Shown here: piece after piece, positions 17,699 through 18,386 of the stretch
Position numbering within the stretch: the stretch's first letter is position 1
Layout: the number at the start of each line of letters is the position of its first letter
Assembly (NCBI GenBank): GCA_963789955.1
Contig: CAWBMV010000009.1
Span: forward strand, 1 to 18,386
DNA length: 18,386 nt
Reading direction: 5' to 3'
Origin: an uncultured Candidatus Rokubacteria bacterium
GTDB taxonomy: Bacteria > Methylomirabilota > Methylomirabilia > Rokubacteriales > CSP1-6
Notes under the pieces: model-generated
Told to the model about the DNA's origin: nothing
The model's input: the letters and a program-made list of their open reading frames with translations, nothing else
The model's database searches: none
Position numbers and translations under genes: made by a program

Positions 17699-18386
17699 AT
17701 GAAGAAGTATGGCGCAGAGTTTTTTGGAACCTTCTGGCTGGTTCTTGGCGGGTGCGGCAGTGCCGTTTTAGCCGCTGCGTTCCCCAATGTTGGCATCGGC
17801 CTGCTTGGCGTATCACTGGCATTTGGCCTGACCGTGCTCACGATGGCCTTCGCCATCGGCCACATATCCGGCTGTCACCTCAACCCGGCGGTGTCGATTG
17901 GTCTCTGGGCTGGCGGTCGTTTCGCGGCAAAAGAGCTGCTGCCCTACATTGTTGCGCAGGTCTTGGGCGGCGTTGTAGCAGGCGGTGTTCTGTATCTCAT
18001 TGCCAGCGGCAAGGCGGGCTTTGAGCTATCCGCAGGTTTTGCCTCAAACGGCTACGGCGCTCATTCACCGGGCGGGTATGCGTTTGCTGGCCGCCCTGAT
18101 AACTGAAGTGGTCATGACCATGATGTTTCTCCTTGTCATTCTTGGCGCCACTGACAAACGGGCGCCACAGGGTTTCGCGCCGATTGCGATTGGCTTGTGC
18201 CTGACTCTCATCCACTTGATCAGCATCCCGGTTACAAACACCTCGGTGAATCCTGCGCGCAGTACGGGCGTTGCCGTGTTCGTCGGCGATTGGGCGATTT
18301 CACAGCTGTGGCTCTTCTGGGTGGCCCCGATCATTGGCGGTATGCTCGGCGCGTCGATCTATCGCTTTATCGGTAGCGAACGAAAC
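17699..18386 (+). CDS. aqpZ: Aquaporin Z (apparent +1 indel near 18084; stop lies beyond the window edge)
   Basis: [45 protein letters not shown], then [31 protein letters not shown]; two NPA motifs and AqpZ-type filter residues. Confidence 0.95.

Overview
High-GC bacterial chromosomal segment (about 68-70% GC by eye; gene content is reminiscent of Candidatus Rokubacteria/Methylomirabilota, which is inference only). It carries about 20 tightly packed genes, and I see no rRNA, tRNA, CRISPR array or mobile element. Left to right: DedA (partial), alpha/beta hydrolase, cupin + D-2-hydroxyacid dehydrogenase + SDR operon, cytoplasmic BisC/DMSO-reductase-family molybdoenzyme, membrane-anchored lytic transglycosylase, dinB, patatin-like lipoprotein, MliC-domain fusion, 102-aa coiled-coil protein, a 520-aa four-repeat His protein downstream of an FMN alpha-hydroxy-acid dehydrogenase, an LVIVD beta-propeller coupled to proS, a 64-aa HxxC/CxxC protein, a decayed EamA gene, a VOC protein, a second SDR and a lower-GC aqpZ. 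About 13 small indels break otherwise intact genes, including essential proS, and are most likely long-read errors. Most notable: (1) two sigma-54-type promoters with shared flanking motifs driving the transglycosylase and the tiny zinc-ribbon-like protein; (2) a divergent cluster of two uncharacterised His-repeat putative metalloproteins around an atypical FMN dehydrogenase; (3) several apparently leaderless genes; (4) a genuinely decayed EamA pseudogene; (5) a likely horizontally acquired aqpZ.
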